64,000 nucleotides of DNA from an uncultured virus (IMG/VR IMGVR_UViG_2811995097_000007) (IMGVR_UViG_2811995097_000007); one strand, 5' to 3'; counted from the first letter of the stretch, positions 10,055 through 20,599 are shown. Notes: generated by a model not told the origin, from the letters alone. Numbers and translations are program-made.

Positions 10055-10273
10055 TTATGATGTTGCGATCGCCAGATAAACGAGACGGGCAATCAGACCG
10101 GTTGATACGGTCACGCTCCCCCACACAAGGCGCTCGAGGGTCTTTATTTTTTCCGTGTGACTCGCACAGCTTCGGGCGAGATTGATCTCGCGTATGTCGT
10201 CCTGAATAGACTTCACCCGCTCATCAATCCGCACGAGCAGCTCCTGCAGGTCTATTCGCTCCATTGCGGTCAC
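10055..10273 (-). CDS. Small membrane protein of the lysis region
   Basis: Coiled N-terminus and C-terminal hydrophobic helix. Confidence 0.55.
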   Translation of the reverse strand: MTAMERIDLQELLVRIDERVKSIQDDIREINLARSCASHTEKIKTLERLVWGSVTVSTGLIARLVYLAIATS

Positions 10274-10770
10274 TTTCGGGCCTCCATGAATTTGGTGAAC
10301 AGCGGCATGAGATTCTTGACGGTCCGTTCGCCGAACAGGAAGCCCAGCACCAGAATATTCAGGGCGATGATCAGGATGCCTTCGGCGGTGAAATCGCCGG
10401 TGTCCAGTGTGAGCTTGACCTTCCAGGCATTGGAGAAGATCTGCCAGTCCACAAACAGGGTGAAATAGCCGAAGGTCGGGCGCATGCAGCCGCGCAGGAA
10501 AATGACCAGCGGACCGATGAGCGGGACCGTTTTCAGGTCCTTGGCCGTCCCTTCCAGTTCGGCAGCGCGGCGGGTCACTTCCTTGTCGGCCTCAACGGCC
10601 AGCTCGAGCAGTCCCTTTTCCCGTTGATATTCAGCTTCGCGGATCTTTGCCGACAGTTCGGCTTTTTCCTTGTCGCTCATGGACGGTGGAAAATAATCTT
10701 TCACGGTGTCCACGATGGTCGAGACCGTCCCGCCCGTTAAAAAGTCGGTGACTTTTGCAAAGAAGCCCAT
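10270..10770 (-). CDS. Putative holin
   Basis: MRP(T)..Y and LGFLFGER transmembrane motifs typical of 3TM/GTA-type holins. Confidence 0.65.
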   Translation of the reverse strand: MGFFAKVTDFLTGGTVSTIVDTVKDYFPPSMSDKEKAELSAKIREAEYQREKGLLELAVEADKEVTRRAAELEGTAKDLKTVPLIGPLVIFLRGCMRPTFGYFTLFVDWQIFSNAWKVKLTLDTGDFTAEGILIIALNILVLGFLFGERTVKNLMPLFTKFMEARK

Positions 10771-11183
10771 CAGGCACCTCCCGATGCATCGGAAATGCGG
10801 AGTTCAAACGCATCCTGGTCAGCGACGCCGAGCAGGAAGGTTCTGAACGTCTGGCCGGAGTTGAGCACGGCACGCTTGTGACGCAGAAACCCGAAATGCT
10901 TGCCCAGCAGGACACAGCCCATGGAATCATCTTCGACATTGCCGGGGTGAATCAGGATATGCGTCCGGTCGGGGACTCCGGTGATCTCAAAGGTGTTGCC
11001 GTACCTGGGCGAGTTCACGCGCTTGCAGCGGTACACGCCTTCCGGGATGCAGGAAATGTTTCGGGCGTTGTCCTTGTCTTCCGGTTCCAGCGTCACACAG
11101 AAAACCTTGCCGTCCAGTTTCAGGACGCCAAAGGTGCCGTCCAGCGATTTTTCCAAACGGATGAGTTCAGCTGTATTGATCAT
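10770..11183 (-). CDS. DUF5675-like protein, putative endolysin
   Basis: GTFGVL...TLE...SCIPEGVY...ILIHPGN...SMGCVLLG; start set at MINTAE. Confidence 0.75.
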   Translation of the reverse strand: MINTAELIRLEKSLDGTFGVLKLDGKVFCVTLEPEDKDNARNISCIPEGVYRCKRVNSPRYGNTFEITGVPDRTHILIHPGNVEDDSMGCVLLGKHFGFLRHKRAVLNSGQTFRTFLLGVADQDAFELRISDASGGA

Positions 11184-11383
11184 TGTTCCTCCTGTTGGGT
11201 CTGACAGGTGATGCAGAGTTCCACGCCGGGGATCGCCGCTCTGCGGGGGGCCGGGATGACGTCGCCGCAATCGGCGCACGTCTCCCGGCTGGGCTTGTTG
11301 GTCTTTTTCAGTCCGGCATTGGCAAGAGCCGCTTTCCGGGCGAGACATTCAAGGTTGCTTGCATCGTCACAGAAATCAGCCAT
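11180..11383 (-). CDS. TraR/DksA C4 zinc-finger protein
   Basis: CADCGDVIP..RR.AIPG..LCITCQ. Confidence 0.9.
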   Translation of the reverse strand: MADFCDDASNLECLARKAALANAGLKKTNKPSRETCADCGDVIPAPRRAAIPGVELCITCQTQQEEQ

Positions 11384-11393
11384 GCCGTTGCTC

Positions 11394-11849
11394 CTAGATC
11401 AGGTCCCTGGTGGAAGATTCAGACAGATAGGGAACACCGTTGATGCGGATGAAATCCGGGCTGGTCACGTCAAAGGCCAGCTTGGTGATGTCCTTGTCGC
11501 CGCCATTGCTGTCGGCATCGAGCAGCGACTCGATCTTGAAAACGCAGCCAAAGGCTTCAACCTTCTTTTTCTCCCGTTTGGTCTCGGCGTGGAACACGCA
11601 GTCAAACGGCTGGTCGGCCAGGTCCTCAAAGCTCCCGGCGTTACGGGCTGCTTCAACAATGAGTTTGAATGCCGTGGCATCCAGGTCCATGGAGCCGGAT
11701 GCCCCAACGTCACCGGACACGGTCCCGTCAGGAACGCCATGCGATTTGGCAACAGATCGGTTGTCCTCGATGTCCAGGGAGACTTTGTCGGCGTGAACCA
11801 GCAGGTCCCCCACATAAAAGTCGAAACTTTTTCCAGATATACGGCTCAT
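11394..11849 (-). CDS. Tail tube protein (DUF2597-like)
   Basis: RISGKSFD...GVPDG...VTSPDFIRINGVPYL; follows the sheath gene. Confidence 0.8.
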   Translation of the reverse strand: MSRISGKSFDFYVGDLLVHADKVSLDIEDNRSVAKSHGVPDGTVSGDVGASGSMDLDATAFKLIVEAARNAGSFEDLADQPFDCVFHAETKREKKKVEAFGCVFKIESLLDADSNGGDKDITKLAFDVTSPDFIRINGVPYLSESSTRDLI

Positions 11850-11857
11850 GACGCCTC

Positions 11858-12976
11858 CTATTCAGTGTAATTGGTCAGATCCAGCATGATGTGACACTTG
11901 ATTTCCTTGGGACAGTTGTAGGGGCGGGCGACCATGTAGATGGAGACCTTGGTCTTGGTGGCCCAGCTGATGACGATGTCGCCTTCCTTGGGAGGCTGCA
12001 CTTCGCCGGGAAAGGTGATGCCCATTATCTCAACCGACTTGCTCATTTCGCGCAGGGGCCGCATGAAATACGATTCATGGTAGCTAATTGATGCGGGGGT
12101 GGAGTTGAGCTTGCGGTCGGCGACCTTGGCGATAGCCAGGGCGCGTACCTTGCGCATGGCTTTGTGGGTGACGCGCAGATTCTCGATGACCTGAAAGTCA
12201 CCGCCCGGAACGTCAAGCACGTTGCCGTCGCCAAAATAGACACCCGGATAATCGGGATACCACTGCGGAACCGACCAGCGCCCGGTGTCCAGTGCTTTGA
12301 GCTGGGCCATGGACACTTCGACGTCGGCATTGTCCACCGGCTTGATCGACCGGACGCCGACCACAGGGCCGGTCTCCACGCGCATGGGGGAATCCGCAAC
12401 CGTTACGGCACGGTTGCAGAGGCGTCCGCAGTATACGCCCTGGTCATCATCCCAGATGGTGGCAACCGGGTTGACCTGGTCAGCCGCGATACCATTCAGG
12501 ATGGCATTGCGGGAGGAAACGAAATCAGGCCAGGATTCGGTCAGCGGATCAATGGCCGCACAGGTGGGGATGAAAATGATGGGACGACCATACTGGCCTT
12601 CAATTTCAACGGCCTTGGCCTGCATGCTCTCAATGTCTGCAGCGGAAGCAACAGCATCCGTGAGGACAAACGCCTCGCAGGACATCTGCGTCATAATATA
12701 GTCGACAGCCACATCCCAGGTTGCAACACCGTCAAGGGGATACACGGCGGCAAACCAGTTTTCCCCGGCATTCTTTCGAGCAGCATCGAGCTGTGTTTTC
12801 AGATTGCTGTCGGCAGAGCCAAGAGCAACGTCCAGGTCTGTGTCGTTGCTCACGGACAGCAGCTTGCCTTCATTGGTACCGGCTCCAAGCCCGACATAGA
12901 TGAAGAATCGTTCGACATCAGCAATGTCGCCCTGTTTCAAATTCTCTTTGTTGACATCAACACTTCCGAGCGCCAT
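11858..12976 (-). CDS. Tail sheath protein (DUF2586-like)
   Basis: MALG.V.V, GRLCNRAVTVADSPMRV, WYPDYPG motifs. Confidence 0.85.
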   Translation of the reverse strand: MALGSVDVNKENLKQGDIADVERFFIYVGLGAGTNEGKLLSVSNDTDLDVALGSADSNLKTQLDAARKNAGENWFAAVYPLDGVATWDVAVDYIMTQMSCEAFVLTDAVASAADIESMQAKAVEIEGQYGRPIIFIPTCAAIDPLTESWPDFVSSRNAILNGIAADQVNPVATIWDDDQGVYCGRLCNRAVTVADSPMRVETGPVVGVRSIKPVDNADVEVSMAQLKALDTGRWSVPQWYPDYPGVYFGDGNVLDVPGGDFQVIENLRVTHKAMRKVRALAIAKVADRKLNSTPASISYHESYFMRPLREMSKSVEIMGITFPGEVQPPKEGDIVISWATKTKVSIYMVARPYNCPKEIKCHIMLDLTNYTE

Positions 12977-12991
12977 GACGGACTCCTATAG

Positions 12992-13687
12992 TTAACGGTT
13001 GCGTATTTGGGACAACGCCGCTCTGGCGAGGTCGTCTAGAAATTTGTATTCGGTCCCCGGCTTGGGGCCGAGAAAGGGCCGGGCGGTCGGCTTCACTTCC
13101 CAGCGCTGTTTGCCGCGCCTGGTCTTGTCGCGCATCTGTCGGAGAATGATGCCAGCCTGACCAACGGTAAGGTTCTGCATGATCCACTTCATGGAAACGC
13201 GGCGAAGCGTGCATCCCTTGCCGCGCTTTTTTTTGACGCGAAGCCGGTAGCCTTCCGCTTTCAATGCTCTGGCTTGTCCCCTGGTGGCGGGGTTGTCGTA
13301 ATCCGGCTTGCCGTACACCTTCTCGGCTTTGGGAGCGGTCCATTGTTCGGGTATCCCGCGCTGATGCCGGTCCGCGATTTTGGCGGTCATCCCATTGGCC
13401 CAGGTCAGGTCAACACGGTTGGGGCCCCGCATAAAAGGTTTCAGCCCTTTGCCCATCTTCCGCAGAAGTTTGCGCTTGGTGCGTGTCCCTTTGCGTTCAG
13501 CCATGGATCGGCCATGGATAGTGCGTTGCCGCCTGATATTCTGCTTGGCGTCCTTGATGATGGATCGCCCCATCCGCATGGTGATATTGCGGCGGGTCCG
13601 ATGCGGCAGAGAGACAATGTCCAGCTGCTCATATAGCCGCATGCGTCCGCGTGGATCGGTGTCAAGCTGGAACGGCTGGTTAGCCAT
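12992..13687 (-). CDS. Virion morphogenesis/tail completion protein (P2 gpS-like)
   Basis: Basic protein with ARPFLG C-terminal motif. Confidence 0.75.
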   Translation of the reverse strand: MANQPFQLDTDPRGRMRLYEQLDIVSLPHRTRRNITMRMGRSIIKDAKQNIRRQRTIHGRSMAERKGTRTKRKLLRKMGKGLKPFMRGPNRVDLTWANGMTAKIADRHQRGIPEQWTAPKAEKVYGKPDYDNPATRGQARALKAEGYRLRVKKKRGKGCTLRRVSMKWIMQNLTVGQAGIILRQMRDKTRRGKQRWEVKPTARPFLGPKPGTEYKFLDDLARAALSQIRNR

Positions 13688-14144
13688 TGGCTTCCTCGCT
13701 CTGCCTTGCGACCTTGTCCACGCCTTCAGCCACGTCTATGGGGACATCGGCAACCGTCCACATCTGGCCGTTGTAGGGGATGGATCCACTTTCATCAGGG
13801 ATGAGCTGCAGGCTCTCCTCGAACTCGATCAACAACTCGACGTCAGCGGTGCCGTCACCGTTGAGGCTGATGTCAATGTCCGGGTCGGCCAAACCGTCCC
13901 TTTCCCGGTCGGCATCATTGTCAGCGAGCCAGGCAGGAATAAAAACGAGCAGGGTATAGCTGTCCCGATCCGGGAGGTTCTCAATTTGAATGTGCGCGTC
14001 ATACTTCAGCTTCGCCACTTCGATTCCATGCCCGAGATCCTTGCCGGTGAAGAAGTATGCGCCCTGGTCAACGGCTGAATAGTCGGAATCCTTGAAGGCT
14101 CCGGCATCCTGCAGGGCGGTAGTCAGTGCTTTGAGTTTCTTCAT
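13680..14144 (-). CDS. Tail completion protein (P2 gpR-like)
   Basis: MKKLKAL start; position after L. Confidence 0.7.
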   Translation of the reverse strand: MKKLKALTTALQDAGAFKDSDYSAVDQGAYFFTGKDLGHGIEVAKLKYDAHIQIENLPDRDSYTLLVFIPAWLADNDADRERDGLADPDIDISLNGDGTADVELLIEFEESLQLIPDESGSIPYNGQMWTVADVPIDVAEGVDKVARQSEEANG

Positions 14145-14605
14145 AGCAACACCGCCGTAACCCGGCTCTTGCTCAGAATGTCGGATATGGCCTGTTGGGC
14201 GTACTCGTAAAATTTGCTTTCGGTTTCTTCGCTTTCCCTGGCCTCATTGGTGGCAGCTTCCCGGCGATCCACCGTGGGGTACTGCTGCAGGAGATATCCT
14301 TTGGCGTGGCTGTAGACAGCCCGTCGGTAATTGATGAGGTGCAGGGTCTCATTCCCCAGCCTCGACTCGCATGGGACATCCAAAAGTCCGGCAAACCCGG
14401 ATGCGACCTGTCCAGCCTTCCAGCCCATGAGTTCCTTGTTCGCCCAGGCTGCGCCTATCTGCAGGCCGTCCACCAGTAATTCTTCGGCATACTCGGACGG
14501 CATCCGGTACCGCTTTTGGAAATCGGCAACAGAAAAGTCGGGCCACCAGCCGTCGTTCTGGACGATGGCGGTGGATTCTGCGGTGGTTTTGCCGGAAAAG
14601 CTCAT
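14141..14605 (-). CDS. Head completion/stabilisation protein (gpL-like)
   Basis: NDGWWPD, YRRAVY..AK motifs. Confidence 0.85.
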   Translation of the reverse strand: MSFSGKTTAESTAIVQNDGWWPDFSVADFQKRYRMPSEYAEELLVDGLQIGAAWANKELMGWKAGQVASGFAGLLDVPCESRLGNETLHLINYRRAVYSHAKGYLLQQYPTVDRREAATNEARESEETESKFYEYAQQAISDILSKSRVTAVLL

Positions 14606-14691
14606 GGTCTATCCTTTATTGGCTGCCCCCGTCGGTCTGCTGCCAGGCTATTGCCCGAACAGACCTTGGGGGCAGCGACGGGTTGGAGGAG

Positions 14692-15408
14692 CTAGGTTGC
14701 GCGTTCCTCGGTCTCTACTGCTGGCTTGGCGTCGTCCAGCTTTTTGGTTACTTCGGCCAGTACGGTCTTGACCGTCGCGCCGACCTTGACGCCCTTCTCG
14801 AAATTGTCCTTGGCGGTTTCGAGATTCCCGGCCTCGTATTCAATGAGACCTTTCAGCTTGAAATACTTGGCGCGAACTTCATCGTGCTGCGCCCAGGGAT
14901 CAGTGCCGCTCGATGTGACAACGAGTTCATAGACTTCGCTGAAATACGGCTCGGAACTCAGCCCGTCCTTGAAATTCTGTTCAGCCCATTTATGGGTCAG
15001 GTCGGCAACAAGCGTCGGGATGTCTCGCCGGAAGTATTCTTCATCCGGCTGGATTCCCTGCTCCATGCAGTAATGGGCGACCTTCAGAGCCGGACCGATG
15101 AGACCGGCGTCAAGGCACCAGATCATGTGCCAGGGCAACAGGTCGTGCGCCCACCCCTTGTCCATGAGCCGGTCGACATACTCCTGAAATTCGGGAGTCA
15201 GCTTTTCCTTCTTGTGGGCGACCTTGTCGGATTTGGAGCGCAGGCTTTTCAGCCCCTTACGGGCCACGTCCAACGCATCGTCCAACAGCTTCATGAGCGT
15301 GGGCTTGTCCACGGCCCCCTTGGCTCCGGGGCCGGAATTGCCGACCGTAGCAGGGGGGGCGGCTTCGCCTTCTTCAACTCGTTTTTTCCATCGCAGTGCC
15401 AAACTCAT
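14692..15408 (-). CDS. Terminase small subunit (gpM-like)
   Basis: IWCLDAG, VRAKYFK.. motifs; follows the capsid gene. Confidence 0.8.
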   Translation of the reverse strand: MSLALRWKKRVEEGEAAPPATVGNSGPGAKGAVDKPTLMKLLDDALDVARKGLKSLRSKSDKVAHKKEKLTPEFQEYVDRLMDKGWAHDLLPWHMIWCLDAGLIGPALKVAHYCMEQGIQPDEEYFRRDIPTLVADLTHKWAEQNFKDGLSSEPYFSEVYELVVTSSGTDPWAQHDEVRAKYFKLKGLIEYEAGNLETAKDNFEKGVKVGATVKTVLAEVTKKLDDAKPAVETEERAT

Positions 15409-15481
15409 ATCGTTGCTCCTCCGGAGTGATTGGTGGGTGAGGGGGCAGCCAGGCCACCCCCTCTGTGCAAATTAAGGAAGA

Positions 15482-16519
15482 TTAAACCCAGTTCTGGCCA
15501 CCGTCGCGGGTGACCTTGATGTTGTCGTCCTTGAATTCCAGGGCCACGAACGCCTCGACGTCTTCCACGACGTAGCCTTCATTGAAGCTGTTGAAGTCTT
15601 CCACGCGGTCCTTGGACGGGTTGTCCTTCAGGTGGCGACGCCAGCTTCCCTTCTGCGTGTAGATGGACAGATTCTTGAGCGGAGTAACCACCAGACCCCG
15701 GCTGGGGAAATTGGACGGGGTCATCCAGGACAGGCCGCCGATGGTGGACATGGCAGACTTGGCGAGAACCTTGTTCTGCGGATCCATGCCGATGGCTTCC
15801 ATGAGCTGCGTGTGCTCTTCGGAAACCAGCTCGTCGCCGACCAGGACAATGAGGTCTTTGCGCTTGTGGCGGGGGATCAGTCGTTTCATGTCGGAAACGG
15901 CATGGTCGAGGTTGGTGTAGTCGCCACCAGGGCCGATCTTGATAACACCGGAGGCTGGTACACCCTCTTTGATGATATGGGCCGGGTTGTTTTCGCGCAT
16001 GTACTGCATCCAGCCCTTGTTCACGTCCTGGAGCATCGGGAAGGTGGCTTTGTCGGTCGTGATCGCCACGGTTTCACCGTACCAACCGATGATTTCCTTG
16101 CCGTTGGCAATGGCTTCCTGCACGTAGCGGGTGTATCGCGTAGACAGGTCCGGGAACATGGACCAGGAGTCCATGGTTGCATAGGGCAGCGCTACGTCGC
16201 CGTTGGTCTTGTGCAGCTCATACCCTTTGGGGTCCAGGCCGAGTACGTTGGCAGGAACACGCTCTCCGTTACCGGAGGTGTCGGTTCGGCTCAAAACGGA
16301 ACTGTTGGCAGAACCGTAGATGACCTGGCCTTTCATATCGCGAACCGGGACATTACCGTTGATGAGTTGCAGAAATTCAGACTGCTCGATGATCTTGTCC
16401 TGCAGTTCCTGCTGGATGGATGGCTCAACAGCGAACTGCTGATGCACATTTTGAACGCCGTAGCTTTCGCCCATACTGTCGCAGAGCTGCTGATACATTT
16501 CGCGGGTTGTGACTTCCAT
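15482..16519 (-). CDS. Major capsid protein, P2 family (gpN-like)
   Basis: FAVEPSIQQ, PMLQDVNKGW, NLSIYTQ.GS.RR, NEGYVVED. Confidence 0.93.
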   Translation of the reverse strand: MEVTTREMYQQLCDSMGESYGVQNVHQQFAVEPSIQQELQDKIIEQSEFLQLINGNVPVRDMKGQVIYGSANSSVLSRTDTSGNGERVPANVLGLDPKGYELHKTNGDVALPYATMDSWSMFPDLSTRYTRYVQEAIANGKEIIGWYGETVAITTDKATFPMLQDVNKGWMQYMRENNPAHIIKEGVPASGVIKIGPGGDYTNLDHAVSDMKRLIPRHKRKDLIVLVGDELVSEEHTQLMEAIGMDPQNKVLAKSAMSTIGGLSWMTPSNFPSRGLVVTPLKNLSIYTQKGSWRRHLKDNPSKDRVEDFNSFNEGYVVEDVEAFVALEFKDDNIKVTRDGGQNWV

Positions 16520-16528
16520 GGTTCCCTC

Positions 16529-17419
16529 CTAAAGGACTTTGCCGCCGTCGGCGGGCTTGTGTGTTTCGGGAACCGGAGTACCGGGCTTTGCCTGCTCGAA
16601 GCGCTTGGTCAGGTCGTCGACCTTGGCGTTGAAAGCTGCTTCAATTTCCCCCAGCTTTTCGGTGAAGGGCTTGATGGCCTCGTTCACTTCAGCGGAAAAG
16701 TCCTGCTTTCCGGCTTCAGGGGCGGCACCGGCGTCAGAGCCTTTGCCCTCTTCATCCTGTTCGGGCTTCTGCGCGGCGAACTGCTCAAGCGTAGCGAGAC
16801 GCTTTTCCTGATCGTCGAACTTGCCCATGAGCGCATTGAACTGCTGTTCAGTCATGGTGTCCTCTTCGGGTTCGGGGGAGTCCCCCTGGTTGTTGGGAAT
16901 ATTGCAGCCAAGCATCCGTAAGGTTTTGGTGAACCATGTGATGGCTTCGCTCTCCGACAATTCTTCTTGGAGGTCGCCGAGTTCGACGCCATCCACCAGA
17001 AAGTTGTCGGGGTTCTGCTTGCGGTGGGAAAAGTGGAGTTCGGAGGTTCCCAGGCTTGCCGGGATGTCCGTGACAGCCAGACCGGTCAGGTAACACTTGC
17101 CGGTCTTGGCGAAATCGGGTGTCAGCTCCATGGAGGTGAACAGCTTTTGCTTGTTCTTGTTATGGCTCAACAGCCATTCATTGGGCTGCAGCTTGGCATA
17201 CAGGCTGACAATACCGTCTTTTTCTTCGGCTTTCAGCGCAACCACTTTGCCGAAGCTGCCGTGGAACCGGAAATGGTCAATCCAGATCACGGCGGTGTAA
17301 GTATCGGGATCGTAGGTGTCAGCGGCATCGAGCAGCCACTGACCTTCGATCTCCCGTCCGTCCATGGTGGGGCCGGACTGCCCTATTTTTTTCCAGTCGG
17401 TAATGAATGTGTTCGGCAT
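16529..17419 (-). CDS. Capsid scaffolding protein (gpO-like)
   Basis: SGPTMDGREI, YLTGLAVTDIPASLGT; start set at MPNTF. Confidence 0.92.
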   Translation of the reverse strand: MPNTFITDWKKIGQSGPTMDGREIEGQWLLDAADTYDPDTYTAVIWIDHFRFHGSFGKVVALKAEEKDGIVSLYAKLQPNEWLLSHNKNKQKLFTSMELTPDFAKTGKCYLTGLAVTDIPASLGTSELHFSHRKQNPDNFLVDGVELGDLQEELSESEAITWFTKTLRMLGCNIPNNQGDSPEPEEDTMTEQQFNALMGKFDDQEKRLATLEQFAAQKPEQDEEGKGSDAGAAPEAGKQDFSAEVNEAIKPFTEKLGEIEAAFNAKVDDLTKRFEQAKPGTPVPETHKPADGGKVL

Positions 17420-17463
17420 GCGGCAAGAGTACGCGTGCAGGAAAACCGGAAGCAATAAAACCG

Positions 17464-17488
17464 ATTCCGATTACTGTAAAATCGGAAT
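17464..17488. promoter_or_regulatory. Inverted repeat in the divergent late promoter region (candidate Ogr site)
   Basis: ATTCCGATT-N7-AATCGGAAT between the divergent O and P genes. Confidence 0.45.
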
Positions 17489-17531
17489 TGAATATGGCGC
17501 GGTCTATGTAGTGGCAATGTATTGATACTGC

Positions 17532-19301
17532 ATGGCGCAGCATTCAGCAGAAATAATAGCGGCAGCAAAGTCGCTGTATCTTCGTGGAAACAAGATTCCC
17601 GAGATTCATAAAGAGATGAAGATTGCCCGGCGCACCTTGTATCATTGGAAAGAGGTGTACAATTGGGATGATCTGAAAATCAATGAAGACGCGATACAGT
17701 GTATAGCGCGTCGTTTTAATCTACTGATCGAGCGAGACAACAAAACGGATGGCGATCTCAAGGAAATGGATCGTCTTCACCAGTACATGCTCCGCGAACG
17801 GGAAATGCGTCTTCGGGAACTGGAATCTGCCAACGAGGAAAAGGATGCGGGTAAACCCGTTGTCGGTGGCAGAAAGCGCAGGCCAAAGAAGAAGCGCGGC
17901 AAGGTCATCAAGAATGATGTCTCCCACCTGACGGAAAAGGATTTCAAGGAAAAGTTCCACAAGGACTTTTTCGAGTACCAGCATGAGCTGCGTGAAGCAA
18001 AAAAAGTCCACCGAAGCCGAAACATTCTCAAGTCACGCCAGATCGGCGCGACCTGGTATTTTGCCCAGGAGGCCTTTGAAGACGCCGTACTGACCGGCGA
18101 CAATCAGATATTCCTTTCTGCAACCCGGCGACAGGCCGATGTCTTCCGGCGGTACATTGTCGCCATCGTCAAGGACAAGTTCGATATTGAGCTGAAAGGC
18201 ACGGAAGAAATAGTCCTGCACACCAAGCACGGCTCGGCCTCGCTTATCTTCCTGTCGACCAATTCCAAGTCGGCACAGTCGCACTCCGGCCATGTCTATA
18301 TTGACGAATATTTCTGGATCACGAAATTCAACGAGCTGTACAAGGTCGCCACGGCCATGGCCTCGCACAAGAAATGGCGCATCACGCTGTTTTCAACGCC
18401 ATCAGCCGTCACCCATGAAGCCTATGACCTGTGGACAGGAGACCGTTTCAACCGGCGGTATACACAAAAGGGCAGGCGACAGGAATTTCCGGGCTTCAAG
18501 GATATGCAGAAGGGCGTTGTTTGCCCGGATAAGACTTGGCGCAAGATCATTACCCTGAAGGATGCGGAGAAGGGCGGCTGTGATCTGTTCGACATCGAGT
18601 ACCTGAAGATTCAGTACAGCGATGACGAATTCAAGAATCTGTTCATGTGCGAATTTGTGGACGAGCTGCAGGCGGTGTTCCGGTTGCGGCAGCTTGAAGC
18701 ATGTATGGCCGATCCAGAGGATTGGGACGACGTTGATCCCGATGTCGACCGCCCGTTTGGCAACAGGCAGGTATGGGGTGGGTACGATCCGAGCCGCAAC
18801 CGTGATGATGCCGCGTTCGTTGTTCTGGCACCACCGGAACAGCCAGGGGGAAAGTTTCGCGTCATAGCCCGTTTCAAGTGGGTGGATAAATCCTATACCT
18901 GGCAGGCCGAACAGATAAAGAAGCTGACCGAACGGTACAACTTCTCTCACATCGGCATCGACACCACAGGTCCCGGCATCGGTGTCTATGACATTGTGAA
19001 GTCATTCTTCCCGGCCACCGCTATTCACTATTCCCCGTTGACCAAAAGCCAGCTGGTCCTCAAAGCCAAGGACGTCATCGAAAACGGGCGGCTGGAATGG
19101 GATTCCGTCCATAATGACATAGCCCACGCCTTTCTCACGATTCGTCAGGACACGTCGACCACCGGATTCATTACCTACTCGGCTGCGCGTACAGCCTCCA
19201 CCGGCCATGCTGACGTTGCATGGGCCATCATGCACGCCCTGCATAACGAACCGCTGAACACGAAATACAAAAAAAAGATTGAGATAATCGTCGGCAAATA
19301 A
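17532..19301 (+). CDS. Terminase ATPase subunit (gpP-like)
   Basis: LKSRQIGATWYFA, YIDEYFW, GYDPS, GHADVAWA. Confidence 0.95.
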   Translation: MAQHSAEIIAAAKSLYLRGNKIPEIHKEMKIARRTLYHWKEVYNWDDLKINEDAIQCIARRFNLLIERDNKTDGDLKEMDRLHQYMLREREMRLRELESANEEKDAGKPVVGGRKRRPKKKRGKVIKNDVSHLTEKDFKEKFHKDFFEYQHELREAKKVHRSRNILKSRQIGATWYFAQEAFEDAVLTGDNQIFLSATRRQADVFRRYIVAIVKDKFDIELKGTEEIVLHTKHGSASLIFLSTNSKSAQSHSGHVYIDEYFWITKFNELYKVATAMASHKKWRITLFSTPSAVTHEAYDLWTGDRFNRRYTQKGRRQEFPGFKDMQKGVVCPDKTWRKIITLKDAEKGGCDLFDIEYLKIQYSDDEFKNLFMCEFVDELQAVFRLRQLEACMADPEDWDDVDPDVDRPFGNRQVWGGYDPSRNRDDAAFVVLAPPEQPGGKFRVIARFKWVDKSYTWQAEQIKKLTERYNFSHIGIDTTGPGIGVYDIVKSFFPATAIHYSPLTKSQLVLKAKDVIENGRLEWDSVHNDIAHAFLTIRQDTSTTGFITYSAARTASTGHADVAWAIMHALHNEPLNTKYKKKIEIIVGK

Positions 19302-19310
19302 GGAGCAGAC

Positions 19311-20297
19311 ATGAGCGAAAGCGAACCCTTGGTTTTCACCTTCGGCGACCCCGAACCGGTCATGGCCGGTGCAATCTATGATTCCCTCGGCACCTGGCTG
19401 GTGGATAATGGCCGTTACTATGAAACGCCGGTTCCTTTGAAGGGATTGGCCCGGCTGCTTCGGGCAAATGCCTACCATGGCCCGGCCATAGAGTTTAAAG
19501 CGCTGCAGGTCATGCAGAGCTTCAAAGAGTCGTGGGCGGTGTCCCATGAGGATATGAATGCGGCAGTGATTGACTTTGGCGTCTTCGCCAACGCCACATT
19601 CCAGAAAATCCGCAACGGTTTCGGTGAGGTCGTTGAATTACGGCACCTGCCATTCATCAACATGCGGCGCATGAAAGAGCCGAACAGGTACTGCATGCTC
19701 CAACCGTATGGGGCGATAGTGGAATTTGAACCCGATGAAGTCCTGCACATCAAGAACTATGACGTAAATCAGGAAATATACGGATTACCGGGATATCTTG
19801 GCGCTATCCAATCCATGCTGCTCAATGAGGATGCAACCCTGTTTCGCCGGAGATACTACAAAAACGGCGCTCACATGGGATATGTTTTTTACGCTGGTGG
19901 TGAGCTGGACGAGGACTCAAAGAAGGCAGTCCGTGAAGCTGTCGAAGGTTCCAAGGGGGTGGGGAACTTCCGCTCCATGTTCCTGCATATCCCGAACGGG
20001 GACAAGGATGACGTCCAGATCAAGCCGGTTGGTGACTTCTCCACCAAAGACGATTTGGAAAAAATAAAAAACCTGTCCCGCGATGACATTATCGCGGCGC
20101 ACCGCATACAGCCCGCCCTGGCCTGTCTCATACCACAGAATCAATCCGGCTTCGGCGACATTACCAAGGCCGATGAAGTCTACCAGAAAAACGAAATACA
20201 ACCTGTCCGAAAACACCTGGCAGCGTCCGTCAATCGAGTGCTGCTCCCGAAAGACAGGATTTCGTTTGACCCAAAAAATGAAACTACCCCAATGTGA
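19311..20297 (+). CDS. Portal protein, PBSX family (gpQ-like)
   Basis: FTFGDPEPV, QEIYGLP.Y, ATLFRRRYYKNGAH. Confidence 0.93.
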   Translation: MSESEPLVFTFGDPEPVMAGAIYDSLGTWLVDNGRYYETPVPLKGLARLLRANAYHGPAIEFKALQVMQSFKESWAVSHEDMNAAVIDFGVFANATFQKIRNGFGEVVELRHLPFINMRRMKEPNRYCMLQPYGAIVEFEPDEVLHIKNYDVNQEIYGLPGYLGAIQSMLLNEDATLFRRRYYKNGAHMGYVFYAGGELDEDSKKAVREAVEGSKGVGNFRSMFLHIPNGDKDDVQIKPVGDFSTKDDLEKIKNLSRDDIIAAHRIQPALACLIPQNQSGFGDITKADEVYQKNEIQPVRKHLAASVNRVLLPKDRISFDPKNETTPM

Positions 20298-20332
20298 TAA
20301 CTCCAATGTCATGAATCCGAGAGGGAAATACA

Positions 20333-20587
20333 ATGGCTTTTCGAGTGTACTGCCCCATCTGCGAAGATGTCGCCGTGATCCACAGCTCCAACGCCGTGGA
20401 TCCGAAGCTGAAGGAAGCATACTGTTACTGCACCAACCAGGACTGCGGTCATAGCTTTGTCATGAGCATGGAATTTTCACACACGGTCAGCCCTTCGGCA
20501 CTGTCTCTCCCCCAGGATCTGCGAAAGCGGATCAGCGAAACCCAACCCGAACAGCAGGCATCACTTTTTGCCCATGCCGGTTCATAA
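20333..20587 (+). CDS. ogr: Ogr/Delta-like zinc-finger late activator
   Basis: CPIC...YCYCTNQDCGHSF....EFSHTVSPSA. Confidence 0.9.
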   Translation: MAFRVYCPICEDVAVIHSSNAVDPKLKEAYCYCTNQDCGHSFVMSMEFSHTVSPSALSLPQDLRKRISETQPEQQASLFAHAGS

Positions 20588-20599
20588 CCTCAAAAAACT

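Noticed and set aside
15632..16921. Long plus-strand ORFs opposite structural genes (also 772-1710, 44623-45750, 48852-50588, 54047-55054, 55538-56707)
   Set aside because: Antisense shadows of GC3-rich genes, with no motifs or RBS.
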